IMG/VR virus record: IMGVR_UViG_3300021400_000020
Span: 32,964 to 96,963 of that record
Source: a virus
Direction: 5' to 3' (one strand)
Length of the DNA stretch: 64,000 nucleotides
Numbering within the stretch: position 1 is the first letter of the stretch; each line of letters starts with the position of its first letter. This document shows, piece by piece, positions 17,588 through 27,150 of the stretch. The position numbers were made by a program, and so were the translations under genes. Under the pieces are notes generated by a model. The model was not told the origin of the DNA. It did not search any database and saw nothing but the letters and a program-made list of their open reading frames with translations.

Positions 17588-20500
17588 ATGAACCAGTTAG
17601 CTCTCTATATCGACTCCATCCCCGTCTGTCTGGATGACGACCAATCAATCAAAATAGAATGGATTTCTCCTGTCTGGAACCCCGAATCTAACGGACTGTT
17701 TTCTTACAACTTCCTGCTGAGCTGCGAGGCAAACCGCGAACTCTTCGGCAATATAGATGAACTGCACGGACAGTCCATCTATGAACGACTGCACGAGAAG
17801 CCGTTCTCGCTATACGTCAAAGGACTGCCTTTCTGCACGGGAAAGGTAGAGGTGGAAGCGGAGGTGGAGATAGAAGAGGGTCATATCCCCATCGCGCTCG
17901 TCTCCAACGGTCAGGAGCTGTCTAAACTCATAGATGGTATGAACTGCCAGGATGTACCAGTCAAGGACAAGATACCCGTGGGAACGGTGTTCGACCATCT
18001 GGAGTGCGCATTACAATACGAACTGGAAGGAGACTACTCCGACACAAACGCATTCATACGATTCGTCACGCATGTCGAGGAAAGGAACGGACATACATAT
18101 CCTATCACCTATTCGGAGATGGAAGAGGATTTCGACATCGCCATCCCTGAAAACGTGTTTGCCATCAACCGACATTCCATGAGTGGACGGGAACAGGACT
18201 TCGAACACATGGTGTCGGACATCAACGTGTCGTTGCCATACCCTGCCGCCAAGTTCTGCAACGTGCGAACCTGCATACAGCGAAGGGTCAAGGATGAAGA
18301 GTCGAACTCGTGGAAGTCTGTTCGACAATACGATGTGTTCGACCCCGTACTCGACGAGGAAAATGCTCTTCAGCCTACGGAAGAGGACATCGAGACAGCA
18401 CGTAACTCCAGAATACCGCTCTACGGCACTTGCTTCTATGTGCCTTATTTTTTCGACTGCCTCTTTCAGCATATCAACGTCTATGTCAAGTCGAACCGAC
18501 TCACGGACATGGACGACTACAACCGACTGGCGTTCTTCACGACGCAGTGCAACTACGACAAAGGGACGGCTCGCGTGGTGTTTCGCTCTCAGGAGAGATT
18601 TGCAGACAGGTACGGACTCGAAATCAAGGAAGTGGCAAGCGCCATCCGAGAGACGCATTTACAGTACGTAGCAGTCGGCAATACGGTCTATGCCAACTCG
18701 AAGAACTTCCCGAATAAGGATGTGAAGGAGGTGATGGAATCCATACAGAACGCCTTCTGCGCACGATTCGACTATTCCAGCGATGAGCAAGCCATCGAAA
18801 TGTACTACGTAAAAGACATCCTCGAAGATAACCAGCAGCACGACCTCAATATCGAGGTGAGCGAGGTGCACAAGGGCGAGAACCTGGTGCGTGGCTTCAG
18901 ACTCAGGTACGGAGGTGACGACGGAGACACATCCTACAACTACCAAGACTTCTTCAAGTCACAGCTACAGTCCTACAAGTACATATCGGCATCGGTTAAC
19001 GACGACACATGCTACATTGATCCGACAACGGGCAACGCTTACCGAACCAAAATCAACGAGGAAGCAGAGGACGTGGATGAACTCTACCCTGTACTCGTCG
19101 AAGTGGGACAATACAACGCCGCAGAGGACGGAGACTGCACGGACAGCGACTACGTGGAGGAACTGACGATAGGCTTCGCGCCCGCCATCGTGAATGCAGT
19201 CGTATTCAGCGAGGACGACGACGAATCAAAGTCTTCTGGTAGGACTGCCAACAGGACTTCGAGCCAGGGGGAGAGGGAAGAGAGTCATAGCACAACGCGA
19301 TATGCGGTGCTGATAGCAGAGGAAATAAACGGACTTGAGGAAAAGACAGTGCCTGTGAAATACCTCACCACCTATGGACCGAAGCGCACCATCGACGGCA
19401 GGGTTTTTTATGATACGATGACTTACCGCTGTAGCTATACCTTCAAGGCTCGCTACTCCTACCGTGAGGCTTATCTGAAAAAACTGGATGAAGCCTACAG
19501 CGCACGCGACGGACGCTCCTACGACGCTAACGGAAACAGAGAGCAGACATCGCAACGCACCATCAACAAATACACGACATTCTTCACGCCTTACGAGGAT
19601 TCCCCTTTCCAGAACTATGACGCAGGATTCACGCTCGGCATCATGCGAGGACCTGGCAACGCGGGCGGCGTGGAAATCTTCGATACCAACTATGACGGTG
19701 AAGGAAACAGCAAATGGAATACCGTACCAAAGGACTATGCCTTTCATATCGACACGCTCGACTACGAGGGCAGTGTTTTCGACTATAACGGTACGGAGGA
19801 ATCCATCGGTGGCGAACTGGAAAACCGCTTCTCGCTCAAACTCAGGGCGGAGAAACAAACCCCTGCTGGCATCTACCATCAGCGTACCATGCACACCGTC
19901 GAAAGCCAAAGCGACGCAATCGACTTGCTCAACACGTACTTCTCGGACGGGAATATCACGACACACACGGGCGTACACCAGACATTCTACAACGAAATGC
20001 TGCTGGCAGGATGGTCAATGTCGGAATACTCAGGACAACGCACCTTCGCTACGCTACTGACAACAAGGGATAAGAAGAATCGCGAGAGACGACTGCTCAT
20101 CACACCTATCATATCTTCTACCCTCGTACTCACACCAGCGGAATTGGAGGATTACGTGAACGAGCATATCCGCTATGCAGAGGATTTTCTCGCTGCCGAC
20201 ACACAAGGACTCATCATCCGCGTGGATGCAGACTTCATCGATGCAGCCACATACATACAACTCGCCAATATCGCTTACGGCATTACTGACGTGTCGGAGG
20301 TGAGCGGACGAAGCAGGAGAGTGACGAACATCGCCATCGCACAGAAGATAGAGTCCGACTACTACCCTGTCGAACCGACAATAGCAGCTTACCGTGGACT
20401 CATGGACAAGTTTTATTCGGCGTATTCCTACTGGATTCGACACCGAAATACGGCATTCATCACGGGACACATGGAAATAGCCGACCTTATCAACATCGAT

Positions 20501-20617
20501 TTCAAGAAGAAATACAAAATAAACGACCTCGTGGGACTCATCAACCGCATCCTCTTTTCCCTCGATAACAAAAAGGGACTCTCGGATGTGAATATCGAAC
20601 TCTACTACATCTCTTAA
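17588..20617 (+). CDS. large structural-like protein (1009 aa), possibly tail or baseplate
   Basis: Size and neighbourhood only. No motif recognised. Confidence 0.6.
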   Translation: MNQLALYIDSIPVCLDDDQSIKIEWISPVWNPESNGLFSYNFLLSCEANRELFGNIDELHGQSIYERLHEKPFSLYVKGLPFCTGKVEVEAEVEIEEGHIPIALVSNGQELSKLIDGMNCQDVPVKDKIPVGTVFDHLECALQYELEGDYSDTNAFIRFVTHVEERNGHTYPITYSEMEEDFDIAIPENVFAINRHSMSGREQDFEHMVSDINVSLPYPAAKFCNVRTCIQRRVKDEESNSWKSVRQYDVFDPVLDEENALQPTEEDIETARNSRIPLYGTCFYVPYFFDCLFQHINVYVKSNRLTDMDDYNRLAFFTTQCNYDKGTARVVFRSQERFADRYGLEIKEVASAIRETHLQYVAVGNTVYANSKNFPNKDVKEVMESIQNAFCARFDYSSDEQAIEMYYVKDILEDNQQHDLNIEVSEVHKGENLVRGFRLRYGGDDGDTSYNYQDFFKSQLQSYKYISASVNDDTCYIDPTTGNAYRTKINEEAEDVDELYPVLVEVGQYNAAEDGDCTDSDYVEELTIGFAPAIVNAVVFSEDDDESKSSGRTANRTSSQGEREESHSTTRYAVLIAEEINGLEEKTVPVKYLTTYGPKRTIDGRVFYDTMTYRCSYTFKARYSYREAYLKKLDEAYSARDGRSYDANGNREQTSQRTINKYTTFFTPYEDSPFQNYDAGFTLGIMRGPGNAGGVEIFDTNYDGEGNSKWNTVPKDYAFHIDTLDYEGSVFDYNGTEESIGGELENRFSLKLRAEKQTPAGIYHQRTMHTVESQSDAIDLLNTYFSDGNITTHTGVHQTFYNEMLLAGWSMSEYSGQRTFATLLTTRDKKNRERRLLITPIISSTLVLTPAELEDYVNEHIRYAEDFLAADTQGLIIRVDADFIDAATYIQLANIAYGITDVSEVSGRSRRVTNIAIAQKIESDYYPVEPTIAAYRGLMDKFYSAYSYWIRHRNTAFITGHMEIADLINIDFKKKYKINDLVGLINRILFSLDNKKGLSDVNIELYYIS

Positions 20618-20622
20618 TTAAC

Positions 20623-21714
20623 ATGGCATCATTCGGACCTCTCACTCAAGGCGAAGGACTGAACTTCGCACATTCTCCCATTATCGTGCAAGTGGTGGCG
20701 GGCACATTCCCTGCTACTGCATACCTCTGCAAGGTAAAGCTCAGAGTGGCTTGCACATTCCTGCTCTATGATGAAAACGGTGACTACACGGCGGTCACTT
20801 CTGAACATCCGTTCTCTGCCGAAGCTGCATCGGGACAGTCAATTCCGTTCGATATTTCGTCGGCAATACGCTCGGCACTGGCTCCGTTCATCCCAGATGC
20901 CAACGAGATATTGCAAAGCGGTGCGTCATTCACCTACCCATTCATCAAATACCACCTCTACGCCAAGGATGAATACATGCTGAAAAACGTGCGCTACGAC
21001 TCGCCCGAAGCCATCTTTGGAGGATACGTCAACGAACAGCCTGCCGTCAACGGAATTGGCGTGGCTGGAGGATTGTCGGCATTCGAGCGGTACAAAACCG
21101 CTCACTTCCCTTCGGAATACCCAATCAGCTTTTCTGACCTAACTCGCAAACCTGCCAACGGAGAGGTGTATGCTGTGGGCGACATCATTACTCATGCCTA
21201 TTTCGATACGCAACTCAAACGGGTGGTAGCAACAAACGCGACCATCATCCAAGGGATGAACACGTACTTCGACGGAATGCGACGGGTATTCGGAGAGACA
21301 AACGCTGATAGACGACTCTTCGCCTTCGTGAATGCCTTCGGAGTGGTAGAGACGGTTTCTGCACTGTCAAAGGAAAGTCTTGAATGGGAATCGGAAAGTG
21401 AAGAAACAAACCTCTCACAAACCCCATCGTTTCATCCTGCTCCTGTTCGAACCATGATACAGGCGGAAGGCACGGAGTTCTACGGATGCTCGTCTGGACC
21501 TCAGACAAGGGAATGGATTGCATGGTGGGCAACGGAATTTCTCTCGGCGAAGCACTTCTGGATGATGATGGAAGGACTATGGGTTCCTTGCACCATCAAA
21601 CCAACCGATGAGAAAGTCACCATCTACGATAAGAAAACTCAGAATCTTCAGTCGGTGGACTTCGACGTGACTCCTGCCCTGAACGGATCATCCATCACAT
21701 CATTCGTCCTTTGA
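20623..21714 (+). CDS. hypothetical protein (363 aa), co-transcribed with the 1009-aa gene
   Basis: ATG 5 nt after the upstream stop. The 3' end overlaps the convergent 21700 gene by 15 nt. Confidence 0.6.
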   Translation: MASFGPLTQGEGLNFAHSPIIVQVVAGTFPATAYLCKVKLRVACTFLLYDENGDYTAVTSEHPFSAEAASGQSIPFDISSAIRSALAPFIPDANEILQSGASFTYPFIKYHLYAKDEYMLKNVRYDSPEAIFGGYVNEQPAVNGIGVAGGLSAFERYKTAHFPSEYPISFSDLTRKPANGEVYAVGDIITHAYFDTQLKRVVATNATIIQGMNTYFDGMRRVFGETNADRRLFAFVNAFGVVETVSALSKESLEWESESEETNLSQTPSFHPAPVRTMIQAEGTEFYGCSSGPQTREWIAWWATEFLSAKHFWMMMEGLWVPCTIKPTDEKVTIYDKKTQNLQSVDFDVTPALNGSSITSFVL

Positions 21715-22356
21715 CTCTTCTCGCGTATAGGCACTCTTCAGAATACGAGCACGTAAGGCTTTATTCTCCTTCTGCATCTCCTCGATTTTCTCCTCCAGCT
21801 TGCTAATCTGAACACGCAACAAGCCTATCGTGATATTTGTTTCTCCCTGCTTCTGGTAGTCCAAACTCTTATAGATGTCTTTCACGGGGGAATTCTTGTC
21901 TATCAGATACTTACTCGGATTCAAAGAGAAAGCATCGCACAAACGTAAGAATTCTCCTACCCATATATTCGAAGGCTTGTCGTCCTTCGGCGGAAACCAC
22001 TGGTCGAAAGTGACTTGATTCGTTCCAAGCACTTTCCTTAGCTTGATTTTACTTGACACACCTGGACGGGAAAGCAAGTCACTCAGCAACGTCTGGATGT
22101 CAAAGGTGATGTCCGTCCACTTCCCTTTAAACACCTTGTAGTCGTTCTCTCCCTCACCATCGGGCGTGATAAATGCACTCGTCCCAATCCAGTAGCGGTT
22201 GCAGTAGTAGATAAGTGTGGAAAGACGTACTCGCTTCCTACGCTTCATCTTCTGCAACTCGTCACTGTCTTCCTCTATCAACTTTCGAACCTCCAAAAGA
22301 TTCTTACTCGTCAGCAAGGGAAAGAGCTGAAGCAGTTTCTGATTGAACTTATACAT
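21700..22356 (-). CDS. putative DNA-binding regulator (HTH-like segment + C-terminal coiled coil)
   Basis: The ATG at 22356 (MYKFNQ...) is preferred over the track start. KLRKVLGTNQVTFDQW...VGEFLRLCDAFSLNPSKYL looks like an XRE/Cro-type HTH. The C-terminus LLRVQISKLEEKIEEMQKENKALRARIL is zipper-like. The gene faces an AT-rich iteron region. Confidence 0.4.
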   Translation of the reverse strand: MYKFNQKLLQLFPLLTSKNLLEVRKLIEEDSDELQKMKRRKRVRLSTLIYYCNRYWIGTSAFITPDGEGENDYKVFKGKWTDITFDIQTLLSDLLSRPGVSSKIKLRKVLGTNQVTFDQWFPPKDDKPSNIWVGEFLRLCDAFSLNPSKYLIDKNSPVKDIYKSLDYQKQGETNITIGLLRVQISKLEEKIEEMQKENKALRARILKSAYTREESKDE

Positions 22357-22374
22357 GTGTGTTTTATTTTTGTG

Positions 22375-22405
22375 CAAATATAATAAAAATTTTATCCTAC
22401 ACAAA
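22375..22405 (-). promoter_or_regulatory. Bacteroides-type promoter for the regulator gene
   Basis: In - sense: TTTG (22405-22402), a 19-nt spacer, then TATATTTG (22382-22375). The ATG is at 22356. Confidence 0.45.
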
Positions 22406-22538
22406 AATTATTTTGAGGTAAAAATTTATTTGTGTGAAAATATTTTAGGCAATTCGTAATTTTTTGCATAAAAATTTTTGTTGATAAAAATTTATCTGCT
22501 ATATTTGCAAGCGAATTTTAAAGAGATAAAATTTTTTA
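22383..22538. promoter_or_regulatory. array of ~7 AT-rich iterons RTAAAAATTTWT
   Basis: ATAAAAATTTTAT, ACAAAAATTATTT, GTAAAAATTTATT, GTGAAAATATTTT, ATAAAAATTTTTG, ATAAAAATTTATC, ATAAAATTTTTTA, mostly spaced 16-18 nt apart. Confidence 0.6.
22477..22507 (+). promoter_or_regulatory. Bacteroides-type promoter for the + strand early operon
   Basis: TTTG (22477-22480), a 19-nt spacer, then TATATTTG (22500-22507). This mirrors the - strand promoter. Confidence 0.45.
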
Positions 22539-22580
22539 CAAATCCATTTTCGCACCCTCTGCGAATCTACTTTCCAAAAA

Positions 22581-22648
22581 CCACCGTTCCCGAAAGTTCT
22601 GCTTTCGGGTTCAGAAAAAACCACCGTTCCCGAAAGTTCTGCTTTCGG
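22581..22648 (+). repeat. two type-A hairpins in the leader of the methyltransferase gene
   Basis: CCACCGTTCCCGAAAGTTCTGCTTTCGGG (22589-22609) and CCACCGTTCCCGAAAGTTCTGCTTTCGG (22630-22648). Confidence 0.85.
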
Positions 22649-22669
22649 TCATCAGAAAGAAAGAAATCT

Positions 22670-24340
22670 ATGAGCTCCTGTCCTTACCTATTATATATAG
22701 ACCTCTTCTGTGGGGCTGGTGGAACGTCCACTGGCGTTGAACATGCAACCATCAACGGCTCTAAATGCGCCAAGGTGATTGCTTGTGTCAACCATGATGC
22801 CAATGCCATCCTCTCGCACCAGGCTAACCATCCCGACGCCCTGCACTTCATGGAGGATATTCGCACACTGGAACTCACTCCGCTCATCGAGCACCTGCAC
22901 AAGATGAAGAGCCTATACCCTGACGCACGCGTCGTACTGTGGGCATCGCTGGAATGCACGAACTTCTCGAAGGCAAAGGGAGGACAGCCAAGGGATGCGG
23001 ACAGCCGCACACTCGCTGAACACCTGTTCCGCTATATCAAAACCATCAAACCCAACTATATCCAAATAGAGAATGTGGAGGAATTCATGTCGTGGGGAAA
23101 ACTCGACGAGAACGGACACCCACTATCTCGGTTCAACGGCGCGGATTATGTCCGATGGGTGAAGCAGGTGAACGCCTATGGCTATGAATTCGATTACCGC
23201 ATCCTCAATGCCGCTGACTTTGGCGCATACACTTCAAGGAAAAGGTTCTTCGGACTCTTCGCACAAATCGGACTACCCATCGCTTTCCCTATACCTACAT
23301 ACGCCAAGGATGGCGACTCTGGCATGTTCCTCACCTACAAGAAATGGAAAGCCGTCCGCGATGTGCTCGACCTCCAAGAGGAAGGGACAAGCATATTTCA
23401 ACGTAAGAAGCCGCTCTGCGAGAAAACACTTCAGCGCATCTATGCAGGACTGGTGAAGTTCGTGGCAGGTGGAAAGGACAAGCACGACGCTTGGATTCTC
23501 AAGTACAATTCCATGAACCAGTCCGCACAGCATAACGCACCCTCCATCGACGAGCCTTGTCCCACCGTGGCGGTACAGAACCGCCTCGGATTGGTCAAAC
23601 TGAATTTTCTCAGTAAGCAGTTTTCAGGTGAACCGATGAGCAAGAATCAAAGCATCGAACAGCCAGCGGGCACAGTCACGTGCGTGGATCATCACGCTCT
23701 GGTATCTGCACGTTTCATCTCTGAGTATTATGGTGGTAACGAGCATAATCATTCTCTCAACGTACCAGCTTCTACCATCACCACAAAGGACCGACACGCT
23801 TTCGTGACTGCCTATTTCGGAAATGGCTACAACAGCTCTATCGATGAACCCAACCCTACCATCACCACCAAGGAGCGACACGCCCTCGTAAGTATCGACA
23901 TGGATGCTCCCATGCCAGACGTGCCTTTCGACAAGCTAAGATTAGCGTCATCTCAGTACCTAATGAATCCGTATTCGTTCCAAAGCGATGGAGGAAGCAT
24001 CGAAAAGCCTTGTTTCACACTCATTGCACGGATGGACAAGATGCCTCCTTACCTGGTCAGCACGGAACAAGGCGACCTCGCCATCGAAATCTATGAGCAC
24101 GACTCACCCATGACTCGACAAATCAAGGAATTCATGGCAATGTACGGCATCATCGACATCAAAATGCGAATGCTCACAGTAATGGAACTGAAACGCATCA
24201 TGGGATTCCCTTCCGACTACATCCTCATTGGTACTCAGGCGGAACAAAAGAAATTCATTGGCAACGCGGTAGAGGTGGGCATGGCACAGAAGCTGTGTGA
24301 AGCACTCTGCACGAAACTACTCAACGAGAAATGGCTGTAG
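22670..24340 (+). CDS. DNA (cytosine-5)-methyltransferase (556 aa)
   Basis: Motif I DLFCGAGGTSTG; motif IV-like ASLECTNFSKAKGG; motif VI IQIENVEEF; motif X FIGNAVEV. The ATG at 22670 follows the hairpins, and the track start at 22478 runs through repeats. Confidence 0.85.
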   Translation: MSSCPYLLYIDLFCGAGGTSTGVEHATINGSKCAKVIACVNHDANAILSHQANHPDALHFMEDIRTLELTPLIEHLHKMKSLYPDARVVLWASLECTNFSKAKGGQPRDADSRTLAEHLFRYIKTIKPNYIQIENVEEFMSWGKLDENGHPLSRFNGADYVRWVKQVNAYGYEFDYRILNAADFGAYTSRKRFFGLFAQIGLPIAFPIPTYAKDGDSGMFLTYKKWKAVRDVLDLQEEGTSIFQRKKPLCEKTLQRIYAGLVKFVAGGKDKHDAWILKYNSMNQSAQHNAPSIDEPCPTVAVQNRLGLVKLNFLSKQFSGEPMSKNQSIEQPAGTVTCVDHHALVSARFISEYYGGNEHNHSLNVPASTITTKDRHAFVTAYFGNGYNSSIDEPNPTITTKERHALVSIDMDAPMPDVPFDKLRLASSQYLMNPYSFQSDGGSIEKPCFTLIARMDKMPPYLVSTEQGDLAIEIYEHDSPMTRQIKEFMAMYGIIDIKMRMLTVMELKRIMGFPSDYILIGTQAEQKKFIGNAVEVGMAQKLCEALCTKLLNEKWL

Positions 24341-24549
24341 CATCAAAGAAAACAAAGAAACAACAGACGGGCGTCTGCTGCATGGACTGCAAACACGCCA
24401 TCTGTATGAGGCGAGTCAAAGAAAACCCTATTATAGCGGAATGCAAAATCACCAAAGAAAGGTTTGTGGCACGATACAAAAAATGCTGTAACGAATACGA
24501 ACCAAGAATCGGAGCACTCCGACTTTCTCAATGGGTCGATGCCACTTAA
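24331..24549 (+). CDS. Cys-rich small protein (72 aa), possible zinc ribbon
   Basis: CCMDCKHAIC ... CCNEY. The ATG overlaps the methyltransferase stop (ATGGCTGTAG). Confidence 0.5.
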   Translation: MAVASKKTKKQQTGVCCMDCKHAICMRRVKENPIIAECKITKERFVARYKKCCNEYEPRIGALRLSQWVDAT

Positions 24550-24558
24550 CCCCTCCAG

Positions 24559-24734
24559 CCACCGTCCCCCGAAATTTTGTTTCGGGTTTCAAAAGCCACC
24601 GTTCTCAAAAGTTTCGCTTTCAGGTTCCCCTCTCCACCGTCCCCGAAAGTTCTGCTTTCAGTCCTTCGTTTCTCCGTACCTCTCGGCTCAGCCGAGAGCC
24701 CACTCATAAAAACCATTAACCCCATAAACCCCAA
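24559..24734 (+). repeat. composite cassette copy 1 (3 type-A hairpins + type-B CTCTCGG hairpin + CCCCAT units)
   Basis: Hairpins at 24568-24586, ~24603-24623 (degenerate), 24642-24660 and 24680-24698, then CCATTAACCCCATAAACCCC. Confidence 0.85.
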
Positions 24735-24740
24735 AAACAA

Positions 24741-25262
24741 ATGGCAAACACTTACCTCAAAGAACCCTACGTTCACCCCAAAATCGAGCTGAACGAATCA
24801 GACTACAAGCGAATCCTCAGTCTGGCACGAGCAAACGCCAAGCAGATTGAGAAACGAGCGCGAGAACTATACGAGCAATACGGCGTGTTCGAAGTCCGCA
24901 TCCGTGCAGAAGTCAGAAAAACAAACATCGGTTGCGATGACCTGAAACACTCTTACGAACTGGACTGCAAGCCATCCTCTCTCTATATCTATGCCCCATC
25001 GATGGATGACAACACCGACAAGCCACTCGTCTTGCTGTCTGAGGAAGAGAGAAGAAGAATTTCAGTCTTTGCTACTAATTACGTGAGAAGCTTGTTCGAT
25101 ACTTGCTTTGGCGAAAACCTTGCCAGCATCAATAAGGCACATTCATACGAGCGTTCGGCTCGACGCACATGGAAAATCACCTTCCTCTTCACCATCTTAG
25201 GATGGCTCGTAGCATTCGCATTCTTCGTTTTCTTATTTCAAGTTTACTTTCATGGGAACTAA
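24741..25262 (+). CDS. hypothetical protein with a C-terminal TM helix (173 aa)
   Basis: ATG ORF after the cassette. C-terminus ITFLFTILGWLVAFAFFVFLF. Confidence 0.55.
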   Translation: MANTYLKEPYVHPKIELNESDYKRILSLARANAKQIEKRARELYEQYGVFEVRIRAEVRKTNIGCDDLKHSYELDCKPSSLYIYAPSMDDNTDKPLVLLSEEERRRISVFATNYVRSLFDTCFGENLASINKAHSYERSARRTWKITFLFTILGWLVAFAFFVFLFQVYFHGN

Positions 25263-25593
25263 TACTTTCGCACCTGTCTGCATGGCAGAAGAATATTGGG
25301 CAAACACTTACTTTTCCATCGCCCGACATACAGGTGAAGTTAAAATCGGCTCACATGAGTACATCATCGTGAACAAGGAAGGAAAGGACATCTACGAATG
25401 CTCCATCGAAGCGGAAAAGGCTGGGCGTGAAAAAGCCATCGAACCAGGCGAACCCGCCGACCTCTGCCGCAAGGACTTCGTAAAATTCTACCGCGCCCTG
25501 GGACGTGAGAAATTCCTGAACGTACTCAAGGAACACCAACATGCCTCCGACAAGGAACTCATCCAAATCTACCAAAAACTCACCAAGAAATGA
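25252..25593 (+). CDS. hypothetical protein (113 aa)
   Basis: ATG ORF overlapping the upstream gene by 11 nt. Confidence 0.55.
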   Translation: MGTNTFAPVCMAEEYWANTYFSIARHTGEVKIGSHEYIIVNKEGKDIYECSIEAEKAGREKAIEPGEPADLCRKDFVKFYRALGREKFLNVLKEHQHASDKELIQIYQKLTKK

Positions 25594-25597
25594 CATC

Positions 25598-25999
25598 ATG
25601 AGCCGGAAACAAACGCCTTACTTCACACCCTACAACCTAAGCATCGGCGACTGGGTGATGATAAACAAGCAAAAAGAAAAAGTAAGATTCATCGACGATT
25701 ACGGCAACGTAGGATTATCCGACGAGAAACCTTGTCTGATAAGCGAACTGCGCCCCATTCCACTCACCTCCGAAATCCTCATGAAGAACGGATTCAAGCA
25801 CACAGGTATTGGCTTTATCATCGCTGACATCAACTTTGCCAATATCGAAGGTGGTGGACAACTGATTTGGGATGGTGGACGCATAGAGACCTTCGTCCAT
25901 TTCAGCAAACACGAATTTGCTGTATGCCAATGTAAATACGTACACTTGCTCCAGCACTTCCTACAAGTAATCGGCATAGAAAAAGACATCGAACTTTAA
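25598..25999 (+). CDS. hypothetical protein, paralog A (133 aa)
   Basis: ATG at 25598 (MSRKQTPYF). It shares the C-terminal pattern C.YVH.LQH.L...G..K..EL with the next gene. Confidence 0.55.
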   Translation: MSRKQTPYFTPYNLSIGDWVMINKQKEKVRFIDDYGNVGLSDEKPCLISELRPIPLTSEILMKNGFKHTGIGFIIADINFANIEGGGQLIWDGGRIETFVHFSKHEFAVCQCKYVHLLQHFLQVIGIEKDIEL

Positions 26000-26009
26000 T
26001 ATCTTAATC

Positions 26010-26399
26010 ATGGAAATAACAGGCTTGACTATAGGTGATAAGCTGCTGCTGAATGGACACCCTCACACCATTCAAGGACTGCAAATGAAGGATGGCAACT
26101 GGCTGTTCTTCTCGAAGGAACTGCAAACATGGTGCTCTGTTATGGATGCCTTCCCCATCTTCATCACACAGACATTCTTGGCTAAGAACTTCGACGAGAA
26201 AAACGGAGGATTCAAGTACGGCATATTCGAGGATTACTTCGACCTCTCCATCGAGGAATACAACGACGGCACTTACTCCATCGAATACCACATCACGGAA
26301 ATGTCACTGCCTGATACCGTCATCTCCAACGTCTGTTATGTCCACGAACTCCAGCACGCCCTCAACCTCTTCGGACTCTCCAAGGAACTGGAACTTTAA
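26010..26399 (+). CDS. hypothetical protein, paralog B (129 aa)
   Basis: Ends ...VCYVHELQHALNLFGLSKELEL, compared with ...CKYVHLLQHFLQVIGIEKDIEL in the previous gene. Confidence 0.55.
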   Translation: MEITGLTIGDKLLLNGHPHTIQGLQMKDGNWLFFSKELQTWCSVMDAFPIFITQTFLAKNFDEKNGGFKYGIFEDYFDLSIEEYNDGTYSIEYHITEMSLPDTVISNVCYVHELQHALNLFGLSKELEL

Positions 26400-26402
26400 A
26401 AG

Positions 26403-26549
26403 CCACCGTTCCTGCCACCGTTCCCAAAAGTTTCGCTTTCGGGTTCCCCTCTCCACCGTCCCTGAAACTTCTGCTTTCAGTCCTTCGTTTCTCCGTACCT
26501 CTCGGCTCAGCCGAGAGCTTTCTCACCAAACCCATTAACCCCATCAACC
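26403..26549 (+). repeat. composite cassette copy 2
   Basis: About 110 bp nearly identical to copy 1 (AAAGCCACCGTT...GGTTCCCCTCTCCACCGTCCC...CTGCTTTCAGTCCTTCGTTTCTCCGTACCTCTCGGCTCAGCCGAGAGC). CTCTCGG hairpin at 26499-26517, then CCCATTAACCCCATCAACC. Confidence 0.85.
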
Positions 26550-26557
26550 AAAAAACT

Positions 26558-26833
26558 ATGACACCTGCAACCATCATTCTCACAGTCTTCCTGATACTGG
26601 CGGTTTTTGTTGCTGCACAGCTCGACGACAAACTTCTCAAGGAACGCCACGTCACTAAGGGACTACTCGAACAACTGGGACAAGCCAAGGCTCAGACGAA
26701 AGACCTTGAAAAACGTCTTCAAGAAGCCAACACAACCATTCAGAAGCTCAATCACAAGCTCGAAGCTTGTGGAATCGATTACGACAGACTCCTGACCGAC
26801 TACCACCGTTTGGAAAACGAAAATCTAAAATGA
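26558..26833 (+). CDS. small membrane-anchored coiled-coil protein (91 aa)
   Basis: N-terminal TM segment TPATIILTVFLILAVFVAAQL followed by a heptad-like helix. Confidence 0.55.
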   Translation: MTPATIILTVFLILAVFVAAQLDDKLLKERHVTKGLLEQLGQAKAQTKDLEKRLQEANTTIQKLNHKLEACGIDYDRLLTDYHRLENENLK

Positions 26834-26834
26834 T

Positions 26835-27083
26835 ATGGCAAGAATCTCCAGAGTTATCAAACTAAAACTGGGACCAGACACGCACATCATCAAGAAGAAT
26901 GCTGCCGACAAACAAGGTACTCAGGCTTGCCAGCAATGCTCTTTGCGAAGCCTCTGCTTCGAAATCGGAAAGACAGAGCGAAAACGACTCTGCGACGCTA
27001 TCCTCATAGAAGTTTATGACTCACCATCAGACTTCTCTCCCTACGGCGGACACTTCGAAGTCTCCAGCCATAACCCAGTCTAA
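26835..27083 (+). CDS. hypothetical protein (82 aa)
   Basis: ATG 2 nt after the upstream stop. Confidence 0.5.
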   Translation: MARISRVIKLKLGPDTHIIKKNAADKQGTQACQQCSLRSLCFEIGKTERKRLCDAILIEVYDSPSDFSPYGGHFEVSSHNPV

Positions 27084-27103
27084 ATCCCTTTTCTCCATCC
27101 CCA

Positions 27104-27131
27104 CCACCGTCCCCGAAAGTTCCGCTTTCGG
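27104..27131 (+). repeat. type-A hairpin
   Basis: CCACCGTCCCCGAAAGTTCCGCTTTCGG (hairpin 27113-27131), followed by AACAACCCATCAACAATG. Confidence 0.85.
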
Positions 27132-27150
27132 TCAAAACAACCCATCAACA

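Noticed and set aside
22478-22669. N-terminal extensions proposed by the ORF track (22478 for the methyltransferase, 27016, 27761, 31514, 3386/3721, 25541, 33063, 42309).
   Set aside because: The extensions read through AT-rich promoter DNA or repeat cassettes. Internal ATGs located right after the cassette, or overlapping the upstream stop, give compact operon-like packing. Several track starts are TTG or GTG.
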